A stretch of 64,000 bases of DNA from an uncultured Anaerolineaceae bacterium (GCA_964385625.1 CAYLPS010000005.1:220-64219), one strand, 5' to 3'. Positions 26,491-36,122 are shown, numbered from the stretch's first letter. The notes: generated by a model not told the origin, from the letters alone. A program made the numbers and translations.

Positions 26491-27357
26491 ATGGAAGAAA
26501 TACCCACACTGGCGATCATTGGCGGCTCTGGGCTGTACGATATGCCCGGGTTGCAAGATATCACCGAGCACGACCTGGACACACCTTTCGGGAAACCCTC
26601 CGCCCCCATCATTAGCGGTGTTCTGGAGGGAAAAAGGGTGGCATTCCTGGCCCGGCATGGCATTGGCCACCACATCTCGCCCTCCGAAATTAATTACCGC
26701 GCCAATATCTACGCCCTCAAGAACCTGGGTGTGGAGCGCGTGGTCAGCACCTCTGCCTGCGGCAGCCTGCGGGAAGATTACACCCCTGGCGACCTGGTGG
26801 TGCCCGACCAGGTGTTCGACCTGACGCGCAATCGCAAGCGTAGCTTCTTCGGCGATGGACTGGTGGCGCACATCGGTGTGGCAGACCCCTTCTGTCCCGA
26901 CCTTTCGAGGCATGTATACCAGGCGGTGAAAGCCACCGGGGCCAGGGTGCACCAGGGAGGTACATTCCTGACGGTGGAAGGCCCGCGCTTCTCCACGAAG
27001 GCTGAGTCGAACGTCTTCCGCTTGTGGGGCATGTCGCTGATCGGCATGACCACCTCCCCCGAGGTGTTCCTGGCCCGTGAGGCTGAGCTGTGCTACAGCG
27101 TGATGGCACACGTAACCGATTATGACGTCTGGCACCAGGAGCTTGAGCCAGTGAGCGTGGAAGCGGTGATCACCGTGCTGAACCATAACACGAAGGTCGC
27201 CCAACAGGCGATAATTAATTTGGCGAAAGCCCTGCCCCGCGAACGCCATTGCAATTGCGAAAATGCCCTGGCCAACACCATCATCACCCAAACAGCCCAC
27301 ATCCCGGCTGAAACCCGCCACAAGCTGGATTTATTGGTGCGCAAATACCTGAGATAA
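26491..27357 (+). CDS. mtnP: S-methyl-5'-thioadenosine phosphorylase
   Basis: Starts at MEEIPTLAIIGGSGLYDMPGL. Also FGKPS, FLARHGIGHHISPSEINYRANIYALKNLGV and STSACGSL, which are typical of MTAP/PNP family 2. The track ORF begins 90 nt earlier. Confidence 0.85.
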   Translation: MEEIPTLAIIGGSGLYDMPGLQDITEHDLDTPFGKPSAPIISGVLEGKRVAFLARHGIGHHISPSEINYRANIYALKNLGVERVVSTSACGSLREDYTPGDLVVPDQVFDLTRNRKRSFFGDGLVAHIGVADPFCPDLSRHVYQAVKATGARVHQGGTFLTVEGPRFSTKAESNVFRLWGMSLIGMTTSPEVFLAREAELCYSVMAHVTDYDVWHQELEPVSVEAVITVLNHNTKVAQQAIINLAKALPRERHCNCENALANTIITQTAHIPAETRHKLDLLVRKYLR

Positions 27358-27365
27358 AACCTGTC

Positions 27366-30047
27366 TTGTCTGACCAGCTAATTTCCACAACCGACCATAC
27401 GGAGCGGCGCCTGCTCATTGTCGCCGGGGCATTTTTGGCAGTGTTTTCATTGGCGCTGACGCTTTCCAACGCAGCCCGCTTACGCAGCTGGCAGGTGGAC
27501 TATCGCTGGTCGCACTGGTTGGGCCTGGCAGTGTGGTTGGCAATCGCCTGGCTGGCCCACCGGCAATTATCCAGGCATTTGCCCAATCGAGATCCATATA
27601 TCTTCCCGGTTGCCATGCTGCTCACAGGTTGGGGCATCCTCACCATGTGGCGCCTATCCGATGTGTATGGCATTCGCCAGGTTGCCTGGCTGCTATTGAT
27701 TGGCATGCTGGTGCTCTTGGCGTTGCATTATGACGGCCAGGTGAGGGGTGGAAGGATTTTATTCCAGTTGCGGCGTTTCAAGTACATCTGGCTCACCAGT
27801 GGGCTGTTGCTCACCGCAGCGACGCTTTTCCTGGGGACGAACCCGCTTGGTGCAGGCCCGCGCTTATGGCTGGGATGCTGCGGGATTTACTTCCAGCCAT
27901 CCGAGCCGCTCAAGCTGCTGCTGGTGATATACCTGGCAGCTTATCTGGCAGATCGCCAGGCTTCACCCAACCTACCCACCAGGCTGCTGCCCCTGTTAGC
28001 CCCCACCCTGGTGATGACCGGCATCGCCTTGCTGCTGCTGGTGTTCCAGCGCGACCTGGGCACGGCGATGATCTTTATTGCGCTTTATGCGGTGATCATA
28101 TTCAGCGGAACGGGTAATAAAAAGGTGTTTTTAGCGGGATTTGTTGTGCTGATCGTGGCGATGGTGGCCGGTTACCTGCTGTTTGATGTGGTAAGCCAGC
28201 GCGTGGATGCCTGGATCAACCCATGGATCGACCCGGCCGGGGGTTCTTACCAGATCGTCCAATCGTTGCTGGCAGTGGCGAATGGCGGCTTGCTGGGGCG
28301 CGGCATAGGCATGGGCAGCCCCAGCCTGGTGCCAATTGCCCAATCAGATTTCATCTTTTCGGCAATCAGCGAAGAGACCGGGTTGCTGGGGGCGGTGGGC
28401 ATCCTGGCATTGCTGGCGGTGCTGGTGAACCGCGGTATGCGAATGGCTCTAAGGTCTACAGATACTTTTCAACGCCTGCTAGCGGTTGGGTTGGTGGCCC
28501 ACCTGGTGGGGCAAAGTATCTTGATCATCGCCGGCAACCTGCGCCTGTTACCCCTCACCGGAGTGACCCTGCCCTTCGTATCCAGTGGAGGATCCTCGCT
28601 GCTGGTATCCTTTTTTGAGCTGCTATGCCTGCTGTTGATTGGAGCCAGCCAGCAGGAAGACCCGGTTTTCCAGCCAGCCCAGCTGAAAGCTCAAACCGGG
28701 CTCATCCGCTTGCTCTCAGTTGTGATGACAGCAGGATTGCTGGGATGCACCTTGGCTGTTGGTTGGTGGAGCTTGGTGCGCGCGCCCGCCCTGCTCAGCC
28801 GCTCCGACAACCCCCGGCGTTCCATTGCCGATCGCTACGTGAAACGTGGCACGATTTTTGACAGCCGCGGGAACATCCTGGCCGAATCCACCGGCATCTC
28901 GGGCAGCTTCTACCGCCATTATCCCTATTCGGCACTCGGCCCGCTGCTGGGATACACCGACCAGGCATATGGGCAAGCCGGGTTGGAAGCCAGCCTGGAC
29001 CTGTACCTGCGCGGATTGCAAGGTTACCCAACATTGACCATGTGGTGGCAGAACCTGCTTTACGGCCAACCACCTCCAGGACTGGATGTGCGCTTGAGCC
29101 TCGACCTCGATTTACAACGCACTGCAGACAATATGCTGACAGGTCAGCGGGGAGCCGCTGTGCTGCTGAACGCTGCCACGGGTGAGGTGCTGGTTTTCGC
29201 ATCCAGCCCCACCTTCGATGCCAACCAGCTGGCAGCTAATTGGGACCGGCTGGTCAATGACCCCTCAGCACCGCTCTTCGACCGAGCTGCGATGGGCTTG
29301 TACCCACCCGTGAATGCCATGGGGGTATTCTTGCTCGCCGCTAGCCAGGTAGATCCTTCAAGCCAATTCGACGGCACCGACTTTTCCGATTGTGTTACGG
29401 TCGCCACAGGGCATAGCTGGGCAGGCGTGATTTCTGCCGGGTGCAGCGCGCCTGTCAGGCTTCTGTTGAGCTCGATGAGCAGCCAGCAGCTGGTGGATTT
29501 TCTGGACAGAATGGGGTTTTACACAGCCCCCACTTTCCCGGTGGAAGCGCTCTCCTCCAGCATCCCTGAGAGCCTGACGGCAGCCTATTCCTACCTTACC
29601 GGTGAGCAAGCGGGGCCTGGCGGGCAGGATGCACTCAAGGTGAGCCCCCTACAAATGGCATTGGCAGCGGCCGCGCTTAGCAACGGAGGGCAAATGCCTG
29701 TCCCGCGACTGGCAGTAGCCGTGGATACCCCTCTGGCGGGCTGGGTGATGTTACCCTCCGAACAGGATGCACAACAGGAGCTGGAAATTTCATCCACCAG
29801 CAGTGTTGTGCAGGCCTTGCTGGCTGATGACCTGCCCATCTGGCAATCAGTGGCCTCCTGGGGTGGTGCTTCAGCCCCTGATGGTGCGGAAAATGATGGC
29901 TCGAAGGGCTTTTCCTGGTACCTTGGAGGCACCTCCGGTGATTGGAAAGGCGCTCCACTGGCGGTGGCAATCTTATTGGAGGAAAATAATCCCGGCCTGG
30001 CACAAGATATCGGACAGCGCCTATTCCAGCAAGCCATGTATCCATAA
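27366..30047 (+). CDS. SEDS (FtsW/RodA-type) peptidoglycan polymerase fused to a class-B PBP-like domain lacking the catalytic motifs
   Basis: 893 aa with a TTG start. SEDS motifs are intact: QPSEPLKLLLVIYLAAYL, RDLGTAMIF, SDFIFSAISEETGLLG, PLTGVTLPFVSSGGSSLL. An extra TM follows (aa 445-470), then a PBP pedestal and transpeptidase-like fold: RGTIFDSRGNILA, AAVLLNAATGEVLVFASSPTFDAN, VSPLQMALAAAALSNGG. Confidence 0.85.
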   Translation: MSDQLISTTDHTERRLLIVAGAFLAVFSLALTLSNAARLRSWQVDYRWSHWLGLAVWLAIAWLAHRQLSRHLPNRDPYIFPVAMLLTGWGILTMWRLSDVYGIRQVAWLLLIGMLVLLALHYDGQVRGGRILFQLRRFKYIWLTSGLLLTAATLFLGTNPLGAGPRLWLGCCGIYFQPSEPLKLLLVIYLAAYLADRQASPNLPTRLLPLLAPTLVMTGIALLLLVFQRDLGTAMIFIALYAVIIFSGTGNKKVFLAGFVVLIVAMVAGYLLFDVVSQRVDAWINPWIDPAGGSYQIVQSLLAVANGGLLGRGIGMGSPSLVPIAQSDFIFSAISEETGLLGAVGILALLAVLVNRGMRMALRSTDTFQRLLAVGLVAHLVGQSILIIAGNLRLLPLTGVTLPFVSSGGSSLLVSFFELLCLLLIGASQQEDPVFQPAQLKAQTGLIRLLSVVMTAGLLGCTLAVGWWSLVRAPALLSRSDNPRRSIADRYVKRGTIFDSRGNILAESTGISGSFYRHYPYSALGPLLGYTDQAYGQAGLEASLDLYLRGLQGYPTLTMWWQNLLYGQPPPGLDVRLSLDLDLQRTADNMLTGQRGAAVLLNAATGEVLVFASSPTFDANQLAANWDRLVNDPSAPLFDRAAMGLYPPVNAMGVFLLAASQVDPSSQFDGTDFSDCVTVATGHSWAGVISAGCSAPVRLLLSSMSSQQLVDFLDRMGFYTAPTFPVEALSSSIPESLTAAYSYLTGEQAGPGGQDALKVSPLQMALAAAALSNGGQMPVPRLAVAVDTPLAGWVMLPSEQDAQQELEISSTSSVVQALLADDLPIWQSVASWGGASAPDGAENDGSKGFSWYLGGTSGDWKGAPLAVAILLEENNPGLAQDIGQRLFQQAMYP

Positions 30048-30090
30048 AAATCTCAGCTCATCGATCGGACAACAAATAATATTAATTATC

Positions 30091-30119
30091 TTGACATATT
30101 GTGTTATATACAGTATAAT
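30091..30119 (+). promoter_or_regulatory. consensus sigma70-type promoter of the padR operon
   Basis: TTGACA (30091-30096), 17-nt spacer, TATAAT (30114-30119), 19 nt upstream of the padR ATG. Confidence 0.6.
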
Positions 30120-30138
30120 GCAATAAAGGATAGTTGCC

Positions 30139-30501
30139 ATGGAGAATGTACAGGTCATTGATAACCTGATCTTGGAAATGCGCCGTGGGGTGATCGTGCT
30201 GGCAGTATTGAGCCAGTGCAGCGAAGAACAGTACGGGTACTCGCTGATGAAGTCACTCTCAGAGAAGGGACTGGAGATCGACCAGGGCACGCTCTACCCG
30301 CTGATGAGGCGATTGGAAACCCAAGGACTGCTCAGTTCAAACTGGCGCCTGGAGGATGCCCGCCCCCGCCGCTATTACGTGATCAGCCCGGAAGGCAGGC
30401 AAACCCTACCCAGGCTAGTTAACGAATGGGAAAGCATGGTCAGCATGATGAGACGCTTGCTGGAAAATCTTGAGGAGAAGAACAATGGACACGAAAAATA
30501 A
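30139..30501 (+). CDS. PadR family transcriptional regulator
   Basis: 120 aa. GYSLMKSLSEKGLEIDQGTLYPLMRRLETQGLLSSNWR is the PadR winged-helix signature. Confidence 0.9.
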   Translation: MENVQVIDNLILEMRRGVIVLAVLSQCSEEQYGYSLMKSLSEKGLEIDQGTLYPLMRRLETQGLLSSNWRLEDARPRRYYVISPEGRQTLPRLVNEWESMVSMMRRLLENLEEKNNGHEK

Positions 30502-31525
30502 TGATACATTAGTCGATCGTTACCTGGCGGCAGTCAGCGAGCTGCTGCCGGGCAGGCAGCGAGCAGAGACTGTCACTGAGATACGCTCGCTGATCCACGA
30601 CGCTCTCGATGACCGCAGCAAAGCAGAAGGCCGCCAAGTGGATGGCGAGATGGAAGCAGAAGTGTTGAAGCAGTTTGGCCCCCCGGAGAAAATCGTGGCG
30701 CCCTACCTGCCCGAGAAATACCTGATTGGGCCACGCTTATTCCCCATCTTCATCATGGTGCTGCGCATTGCCCTGCCCATCATCGCTGTCCTGGCTCTGG
30801 TGGGCTATTGGGTGGGAGTACACCAGGCATCCCCCTACACCGGAACTGAGCTCACGGCTAATATCCTCAAATCATTGGGAAATACGGTGACGAGCTTATT
30901 CCAGGCTTTTGGCAACATCGTGATCATCTTCGCCATATTGCAGTGGACCCTTCCAGAATTTAAATCTACGGCCAGGGAAAAAGCATGGGACCCACACAGC
31001 CTGAAAGCCATCAGCCAGCCCGATAAGATCAAGCCCGGCGAGCTGATCACGGAGATTTTCTTCACCCTGGTGGGGCTGATCGTCTTCACCTTCTACGCTG
31101 ATAAGATCGGTATCTATAACAATTTCAATGGCCAGTGGTCGTTCACACCCGTCCTCACTTCCGCTTTCTATGCCTATATCCCCTGGCTGGATCTATTGTG
31201 GATCCTTACCATTATCATGGATATGATCTTATTGCGGCGCGGGGCGTGGAAAACAAGCACCCGGATTTATGCCATTGCCTTGAATTTGTTCAGTATCGGG
31301 ATCACAGCCAGCATCCTGACCAATCTCCAATACTTGTACACGCTCAAGGGCGCTCTCGGCGAGCTGGGCGTGGCAGGAATCCTTAGCTCAGTGCTAAATC
31401 AGGTTTTAATTGTGGCGTTGGTAATTACCATCATCACCAGTGCAGTAAAGATTATCCGCATGAGCTGGCAGCTGATCAAAGGCCGCGATATAAATCTTAT
31501 GCCCCTTAACCGGGATGGATCGTGA
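30485..31525 (+). CDS. membrane protein with N-terminal HAAS/DUF1700-like helical domain (PadR partner)
   Basis: GAGGAG upstream of the ATG at 30485; overlaps the padR stop. N-terminus DRYLAAVSELLPGRQRAETVTEIRSLIHDALDD...VLKQFGPPEKIVAPY, followed by about 6 TM helices. Confidence 0.6.
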   Translation: MDTKNNDTLVDRYLAAVSELLPGRQRAETVTEIRSLIHDALDDRSKAEGRQVDGEMEAEVLKQFGPPEKIVAPYLPEKYLIGPRLFPIFIMVLRIALPIIAVLALVGYWVGVHQASPYTGTELTANILKSLGNTVTSLFQAFGNIVIIFAILQWTLPEFKSTAREKAWDPHSLKAISQPDKIKPGELITEIFFTLVGLIVFTFYADKIGIYNNFNGQWSFTPVLTSAFYAYIPWLDLLWILTIIMDMILLRRGAWKTSTRIYAIALNLFSIGITASILTNLQYLYTLKGALGELGVAGILSSVLNQVLIVALVITIITSAVKIIRMSWQLIKGRDINLMPLNRDGS

Positions 31526-31679
31526 ATTAATATACATAGGTTGGTATATCAGCGACCAGCACCAGCTTGCTGGCCGCTGATTTTTTTAGCCAGGTACTGT
31601 TGAAATTAAAAAAAATGACAGCAAAATTCTCCAAAATGCAAGCATAATACGTAACGAGTTGTAAAATCCTCTTCCCGTT

Positions 31680-31708
31680 TTGTGTTAAACCACGGGCTGG
31701 TCTATAAT
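31680..31708 (+). promoter_or_regulatory. candidate promoter
   Basis: TTGTGT (31680-31685), 17-nt spacer, TATAAT (31703-31708). Confidence 0.3.
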
Positions 31709-31732
31709 GAATCTGGAGGAGGTTGCGCACTT

Positions 31733-33775
31733 ATGGTTAATAAAAATTATGCTTTCAAGATCCCAGACCTGATTGCAGGTCTTGCACTGTTGGTAATGTT
31801 GGCTGGCAGCGGGCTTCAAAACCATGCCCAGGCTTATGCTGCATTCGGAGCCCCGCTATTGAAGTGGCAGTTGGGGGGGTGTTACAACTCGTGGTGCGAG
31901 ACGGGCTGGTATTCCTCACCAGCTGCGACTGACCTCGATGGCGACGGGCAGGTCGAAGTGATCGCTTCATCCTATTCTATTTTCGTGTTGGATGGGTCAA
32001 CCGGGCAACTGGAATGGCGAGTATCATCCGGGCACGACCGTGACGAGCCTGGTGAGCCGAATGTTGGCCGTACCTGGCCGGGCATTGCGGTGGCTGACAT
32101 AGACGACGATGGTGACCTGGAAATCATCACCGCCCATAGCGGCGGCTGGATTTCTGTGTACAACAGCCAGGGCTACTTCGAGCCTGGCTGGCCTCAGCAT
32201 CCCACCAGTTATGAGCTGCGTGGATTATCGGTCAGCGACCTTGATGACGATAACCAGATGGAAATTATCGCCATGGCAGCTATCCCGGATAAAACCAATA
32301 CCTGGGTTTATGAAGCGAGCGGCACGATCCGCCTGGGGTGGCCTCAATTGAGCGATGATAGTGGTTATGCCTGGGGGGTATACAATGCCAATGCCGCGGT
32401 TGGAAATCTCGATGGGGATAGTGAGAAAGAGATTCTGGTACCATCCGATGTGCATTATATCTGTGCATATGAAGAGGATGGTAGCCAGATACCCGCCAGC
32501 CCAATCTACGCGGGTAAAAATTGGGGCCAGGTGGGGGTATGGGAGAGCCTGGCTGTTGAGCTGCGCGGCTGGGGAGCTTGTGACGGAGAGCGGTCGGAAA
32601 GCTACCGCACCAACTTCGCCGATGGACCCAGCGTGATTGCCGATGTGAATGGGGACGGCGTACCAGAAGTGATAGCCGTAGGGAATGTTTACGACTGTCA
32701 TGCAGGGTATCCACCCAGCCGCTATGATGGGGTTTACATATTTAACGCTGATCGCAGCCGCTTCAATGACGGCCAGTTTGACTGGCAAAGCGTGCCGGTT
32801 GATACGGGGATGCCGATCAGCGAGGACTACAACATGATCGAGAGCAACCAGCCCAACCCGGCTATGGCAGACCTGGACAGGGATGGAAAGTTGGAAATTC
32901 TTTACAGTGCTTATGATGGGCGGGTGCATGTCTTTTGGCTGGATAAAACCGAGCACGGGAATTGGCCTTATGCAGTCTTTCACCCGGCAGAAGGCTTTTA
33001 CCGCTTTGCCTCGGAACCGGTGGTGGCTGATCTGGACGGCAACGGTTACGCCGAGGTGATCTTCACCTCCTGGACTCAGAAAAGCTCAAACCATACCGGC
33101 ATGCTGCACATCCTGGATTACCTGGGTAACCCAATCTATGAAATCAGCTTGCCCGATTCGTTCGGCGGGGAGGATTGGAACGGGGCTTTGCCGGCTCCGA
33201 CCCTGGCAAATATCGATGCCGATCCAGATTTGGAAGTGGTGCTGCTCACTGCGCACTCCGGAGTGGCGGCATATGACCTGCCCGGAACAGAGAATGCTGC
33301 GCTGCTATGGGGCACCGGGCGGGGAAATTACTTTCGCGATGGCAACCAGGCAAGCACCATCCAACCAACCCTGCAAGCTTCAACTAAGACCGCGAGCCTG
33401 GTCAACGCCGAGCCTGGCAACCTGCTGACCTTTACCATCACCCTGCGTAATCCCGGGCGTACCATCAACAATGCCAGTGTGCTCGACCCACTCCCATCCG
33501 ATTTGACTTATGCCGGCAACTTGTGGGCCTCATCGGGCACTGCCAGCTATTCGGTGGGCACGGTCAGCTGGGAAGGCTCAGTAACCCAGGATGTAGAGGT
33601 TACCATCCAATTCGATGCAATTGTTAGTGCGGGTATCGTCTCACCAACCGTCATACGTAATTCAGCAACGATTGACGATGGCACAGGGCACAGCTGGCTG
33701 AGTGAGGCAAGGGTGTATATCTTCAGCAAAACCACCTACCTGCCAATGCTACACCAGTGCTTGTCGTTGAAATAG
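31733..33775 (+). CDS. secreted FG-GAP/VCBS-repeat (integrin-alpha-like) protein with C-terminal DUF11-type domain
   Basis: GGAGGAGG upstream of the ATG at 31733, then a signal peptide. Repeated D-x-D-x-DG Ca-binding loops: TDLDGDGQVEVI, ADIDDDGDLEII, SDLDDDNQMEII, GNLDGDSEKEIL, ADVNGDGVPEVI, ADLDRDGKLEIL, ADLDGNGYAEVI, ANIDADPDLEVV. C-terminus LTFTITLRNPGRT...DPLPSDLTY. Confidence 0.75.
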   Translation: MVNKNYAFKIPDLIAGLALLVMLAGSGLQNHAQAYAAFGAPLLKWQLGGCYNSWCETGWYSSPAATDLDGDGQVEVIASSYSIFVLDGSTGQLEWRVSSGHDRDEPGEPNVGRTWPGIAVADIDDDGDLEIITAHSGGWISVYNSQGYFEPGWPQHPTSYELRGLSVSDLDDDNQMEIIAMAAIPDKTNTWVYEASGTIRLGWPQLSDDSGYAWGVYNANAAVGNLDGDSEKEILVPSDVHYICAYEEDGSQIPASPIYAGKNWGQVGVWESLAVELRGWGACDGERSESYRTNFADGPSVIADVNGDGVPEVIAVGNVYDCHAGYPPSRYDGVYIFNADRSRFNDGQFDWQSVPVDTGMPISEDYNMIESNQPNPAMADLDRDGKLEILYSAYDGRVHVFWLDKTEHGNWPYAVFHPAEGFYRFASEPVVADLDGNGYAEVIFTSWTQKSSNHTGMLHILDYLGNPIYEISLPDSFGGEDWNGALPAPTLANIDADPDLEVVLLTAHSGVAAYDLPGTENAALLWGTGRGNYFRDGNQASTIQPTLQASTKTASLVNAEPGNLLTFTITLRNPGRTINNASVLDPLPSDLTYAGNLWASSGTASYSVGTVSWEGSVTQDVEVTIQFDAIVSAGIVSPTVIRNSATIDDGTGHSWLSEARVYIFSKTTYLPMLHQCLSLK

Positions 33776-33867
33776 TGCATCCGGATTTACCGTATACCCA
33801 TTCAAACTCGCGACTTGTGGGGAATAAATCCGTATATATGAACAAACCCAGAAAATTGGAGGTGCCC

Positions 33868-34740
33868 ATGAACCGAATAATCATCATTCTGGCCATCACA
33901 GCCCTGGTCCTTGCCAGCCTGGCCTGTTCGTTTACCATCAACCTGCCCGGCGCAGAGGTCAAAACCGGGCCAACTGTAACGCAGAATATCAATGTGCCAA
34001 ATCTTACTGACCGGCAGGCCATTGCCGATGTCACGCTGCATTTCGGTGCAGGAAACCTTACCCTGCAACCCGGCGCTGCAAATGAGCTGCTCAGCGGCAC
34101 CGCAATGTTCAATGTGGCCGATTTCAAACCCACCATCAGCATCGACAGCAACAACATCAACATCGAGCAGGGGAATATCAAGCTGACCGGCATCCCCTAC
34201 ATAAACACTGACATCGTTAATGACTGGAATCTATCGCTGGGCGATCGCCCAATTAGCCTGGTAATCAAAGCCGGAGCTTATACGGGTAATTACGAGCTGG
34301 GCGGGATTTCTTTGCATAGCCTGGCAATCAGCGATGGCGCCTCCAAGGTCGAGCTGAGCTTCTCCAAACCCAATCTGATCGAGATGACCAGCCTGAATTA
34401 CACCACCGGTGCATCCAGCGTAGCGATGCGTGGTCTTGCCAATGCGAATGCCGACACACTTTCATTCAATGGTGGGGCCGGCAGCTACACGTTAGAGTTC
34501 AGCGGACTGCTGCAACGCGACATGAGCGTGAGCATCGATTCAGGCGTGAGCAGCGTCACCATTATCGTCCCCAACGGCACCTCCGCCCAGGTGGATACAT
34601 CTAACAGCCTGATCTCGGTGAGCAGCAACGGCGGCTGGCAGCAGCACGGCAACCTCTACCAGCTGAGTGGATCAGGTTCCACGATTGTTATAAAGGTCCA
34701 AATGGGTGCGGGCAGCCTTAAGCTCGACACCAGCCAGTAA
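33868..34740 (+). CDS. lipoprotein with toastrack-like (DUF4097/DUF2154-like) beta-rich domain
   Basis: GGAGG sits 5 nt upstream of the ATG at 33868. Lipobox LASLAC. Repetitive short beta-strand pattern: LHFGAGNLTL, LVIKAGAYTGNYEL, LSFNGGAGSYTLEF, VSIDSGVSSVTIIVP, IKVQMGAGSLKL. Confidence 0.55.
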   Translation: MNRIIIILAITALVLASLACSFTINLPGAEVKTGPTVTQNINVPNLTDRQAIADVTLHFGAGNLTLQPGAANELLSGTAMFNVADFKPTISIDSNNINIEQGNIKLTGIPYINTDIVNDWNLSLGDRPISLVIKAGAYTGNYELGGISLHSLAISDGASKVELSFSKPNLIEMTSLNYTTGASSVAMRGLANANADTLSFNGGAGSYTLEFSGLLQRDMSVSIDSGVSSVTIIVPNGTSAQVDTSNSLISVSSNGGWQQHGNLYQLSGSGSTIVIKVQMGAGSLKLDTSQ

Positions 34741-34744
34741 GCGG

Positions 34745-34776
34745 AAAAAATAGCTGGCGAAATGACCCGCCAGCTA
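34745..34776 (-). terminator. intrinsic terminator of the ferredoxin gene
   Basis: 9-bp stem TAGCTGGCG/CGCCAGCTA (34751-34759 and 34768-34776). The A6 tract at 34745-34750 reads as U6 after the stem on the minus strand. Confidence 0.6.
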
Positions 34777-34839
34777 ATCGTTATATCTCTTGTTTGATGC
34801 TCGGGTTGCCAGGAAACTCACCTCTGGCTGCCCGATTTT

Positions 34840-35238
34840 TTATTCGTTGGCTTTATAGCCAGGACCCTTGGTGTAGAAATCGTAATTGGCCTGGATATCT
34901 TGGGTCAGGTCCACCACCTCGCCGGCTTTCAGCGTGCGCACACTGTTGAGCACCACCGGATTGCCATGGTGGTCGGTTCCCTCGTAGTGACCGGTCAACC
35001 CAACCTGGCTGACCATTTCGCCGCCCTTGGCGGTGTAAGCTGAGGGCACTTCATCTTCCGGGAAAATCGCTTCGAAGGGGCATTCGGGGATGCAGGCTCC
35101 GCAGTCAATGCAGGTGTCGGGATCGATGTAAAACCACGGATATTGCTCCACCGGCTTTCCCCCCACAATGCATTCCACCGGGCAGACATCCACACATCCA
35201 GAATCACGCAGGCACAAGCTTGTAATAATATGGGTCAT
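34840..35238 (-). CDS. 7Fe-type ([3Fe-4S][4Fe-4S]) ferredoxin with C-terminal extension
   Basis: 132 aa. Cys patterns are C-x5-C-x3-CP (CLRDSGCVDVCP) and C-x2-C-x2-C-x3-CP (CIDCGACIPECP). Confidence 0.85.
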   Translation of the reverse strand: MTHIITSLCLRDSGCVDVCPVECIVGGKPVEQYPWFYIDPDTCIDCGACIPECPFEAIFPEDEVPSAYTAKGGEMVSQVGLTGHYEGTDHHGNPVVLNSVRTLKAGEVVDLTQDIQANYDFYTKGPGYKANE

Positions 35239-35289
35239 ATTAGGTTCCTCCTTTTGTCTGTCTTTCTATTATAAATTACTCGGATTATG

Positions 35290-35779
35290 AATTGTGGTTA
35301 TGATTCTAACATGAAAATATCGATCTCCGGTTCAGTCGTTGCCACGAAACAAAAAGATTATCGGGGCTAATTTTGTCGCACCCGCTCTGTGTTGGCATTG
35401 ATTGGAGATACGCCGAGCTCTCCCATGAGCTTGAAGACGGTATTAAACCTCATGCCAAGCACCATATTTCGATACTTTTTGCTATTGACGGGGAGGAATG
35501 GCACCTTTTAATAATATCTTCGGGAATGGCAATGAAATGTTGGTAAGCTTCTAAACCCAGCATTTTAAAGAGCACCGTCATCAAGTGAGATTTAGGATTG
35601 CAATGTCCGTAGTCACAGGTCAATGTGTAATCTGGGGAAGGAGCATCGAAATATTTGTTGAAGCCAAACTTTACCTGATCTCGCACGTAATCATGCAGTG
35701 CGATGGCGTTTAAACACACTGGAGCGTTTTCGTTAACCACCTGCCTGAAAACTTCTTCTACTCCTTCACGCGTAGCCAT
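35290..35779 (-). pseudogene. probable decayed transglutaminase-like cysteine peptidase gene
   Basis: The 109-aa ORF (35450-35779) has the G-x-C core (DYGHCNPKSHLMTVLFKMLGLEAY) but stops before the expected His/Asp. A GAWHEV-type His motif appears downstream in another frame, interrupted by stops. Confidence 0.35.
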
Positions 35780-36093
35780 ATACTCCTCCTCGATAAACTC
35801 GTTACCTCACCAGTTGGAAACCCCCTATCATTATTGATGATTTGGGTTTACGGTTATTGAAATGTGACAAATGCTGGTCTGCGATTGATTATTATCCACT
35901 TTTTGGTTAAATCTTTTTTTCAGTTGAAAAATACGAAAAATGGTCTTACAAACCGGGTAACTCGGAAATCCTAATCCTGAAAATAACCGCATGTATGCTG
36001 ATTGAAATTTACCGCTGTTGATTTAACGGGTGTCAGAAGTGCAGCAGATTCAGCATGCGGTTGAATTATTAATAGTTCATAATCATTCCTTGC

Positions 36094-36122
36094 TTGACAA
36101 GTAACCGTGTATTCATTATTAT
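36094..36122 (+). promoter_or_regulatory. candidate sodN promoter
   Basis: TTGACA (36094-36099), 17-nt spacer, TATTAT (36117-36122). AAGGAGGA RBS lies before the ATG at 36159. Confidence 0.55.

Noticed and set aside
26398-27321. 307-aa minus-strand ORF covering the whole mtnP gene
   Set aside because: It is the antisense shadow of a well-supported MTAP gene. The product is Gly/His/Arg-rich with no motif or SD. The same reasoning applies to other long antisense ORFs: 1959-2447 (glnA), 21548-21991 and 23801-24235 (ileS), 32225-32983 (FG-GAP), 38676-39356 and 39945-40385 (ftsK), 44913-45512 (permease), and 46920-47429 (radical SAM).
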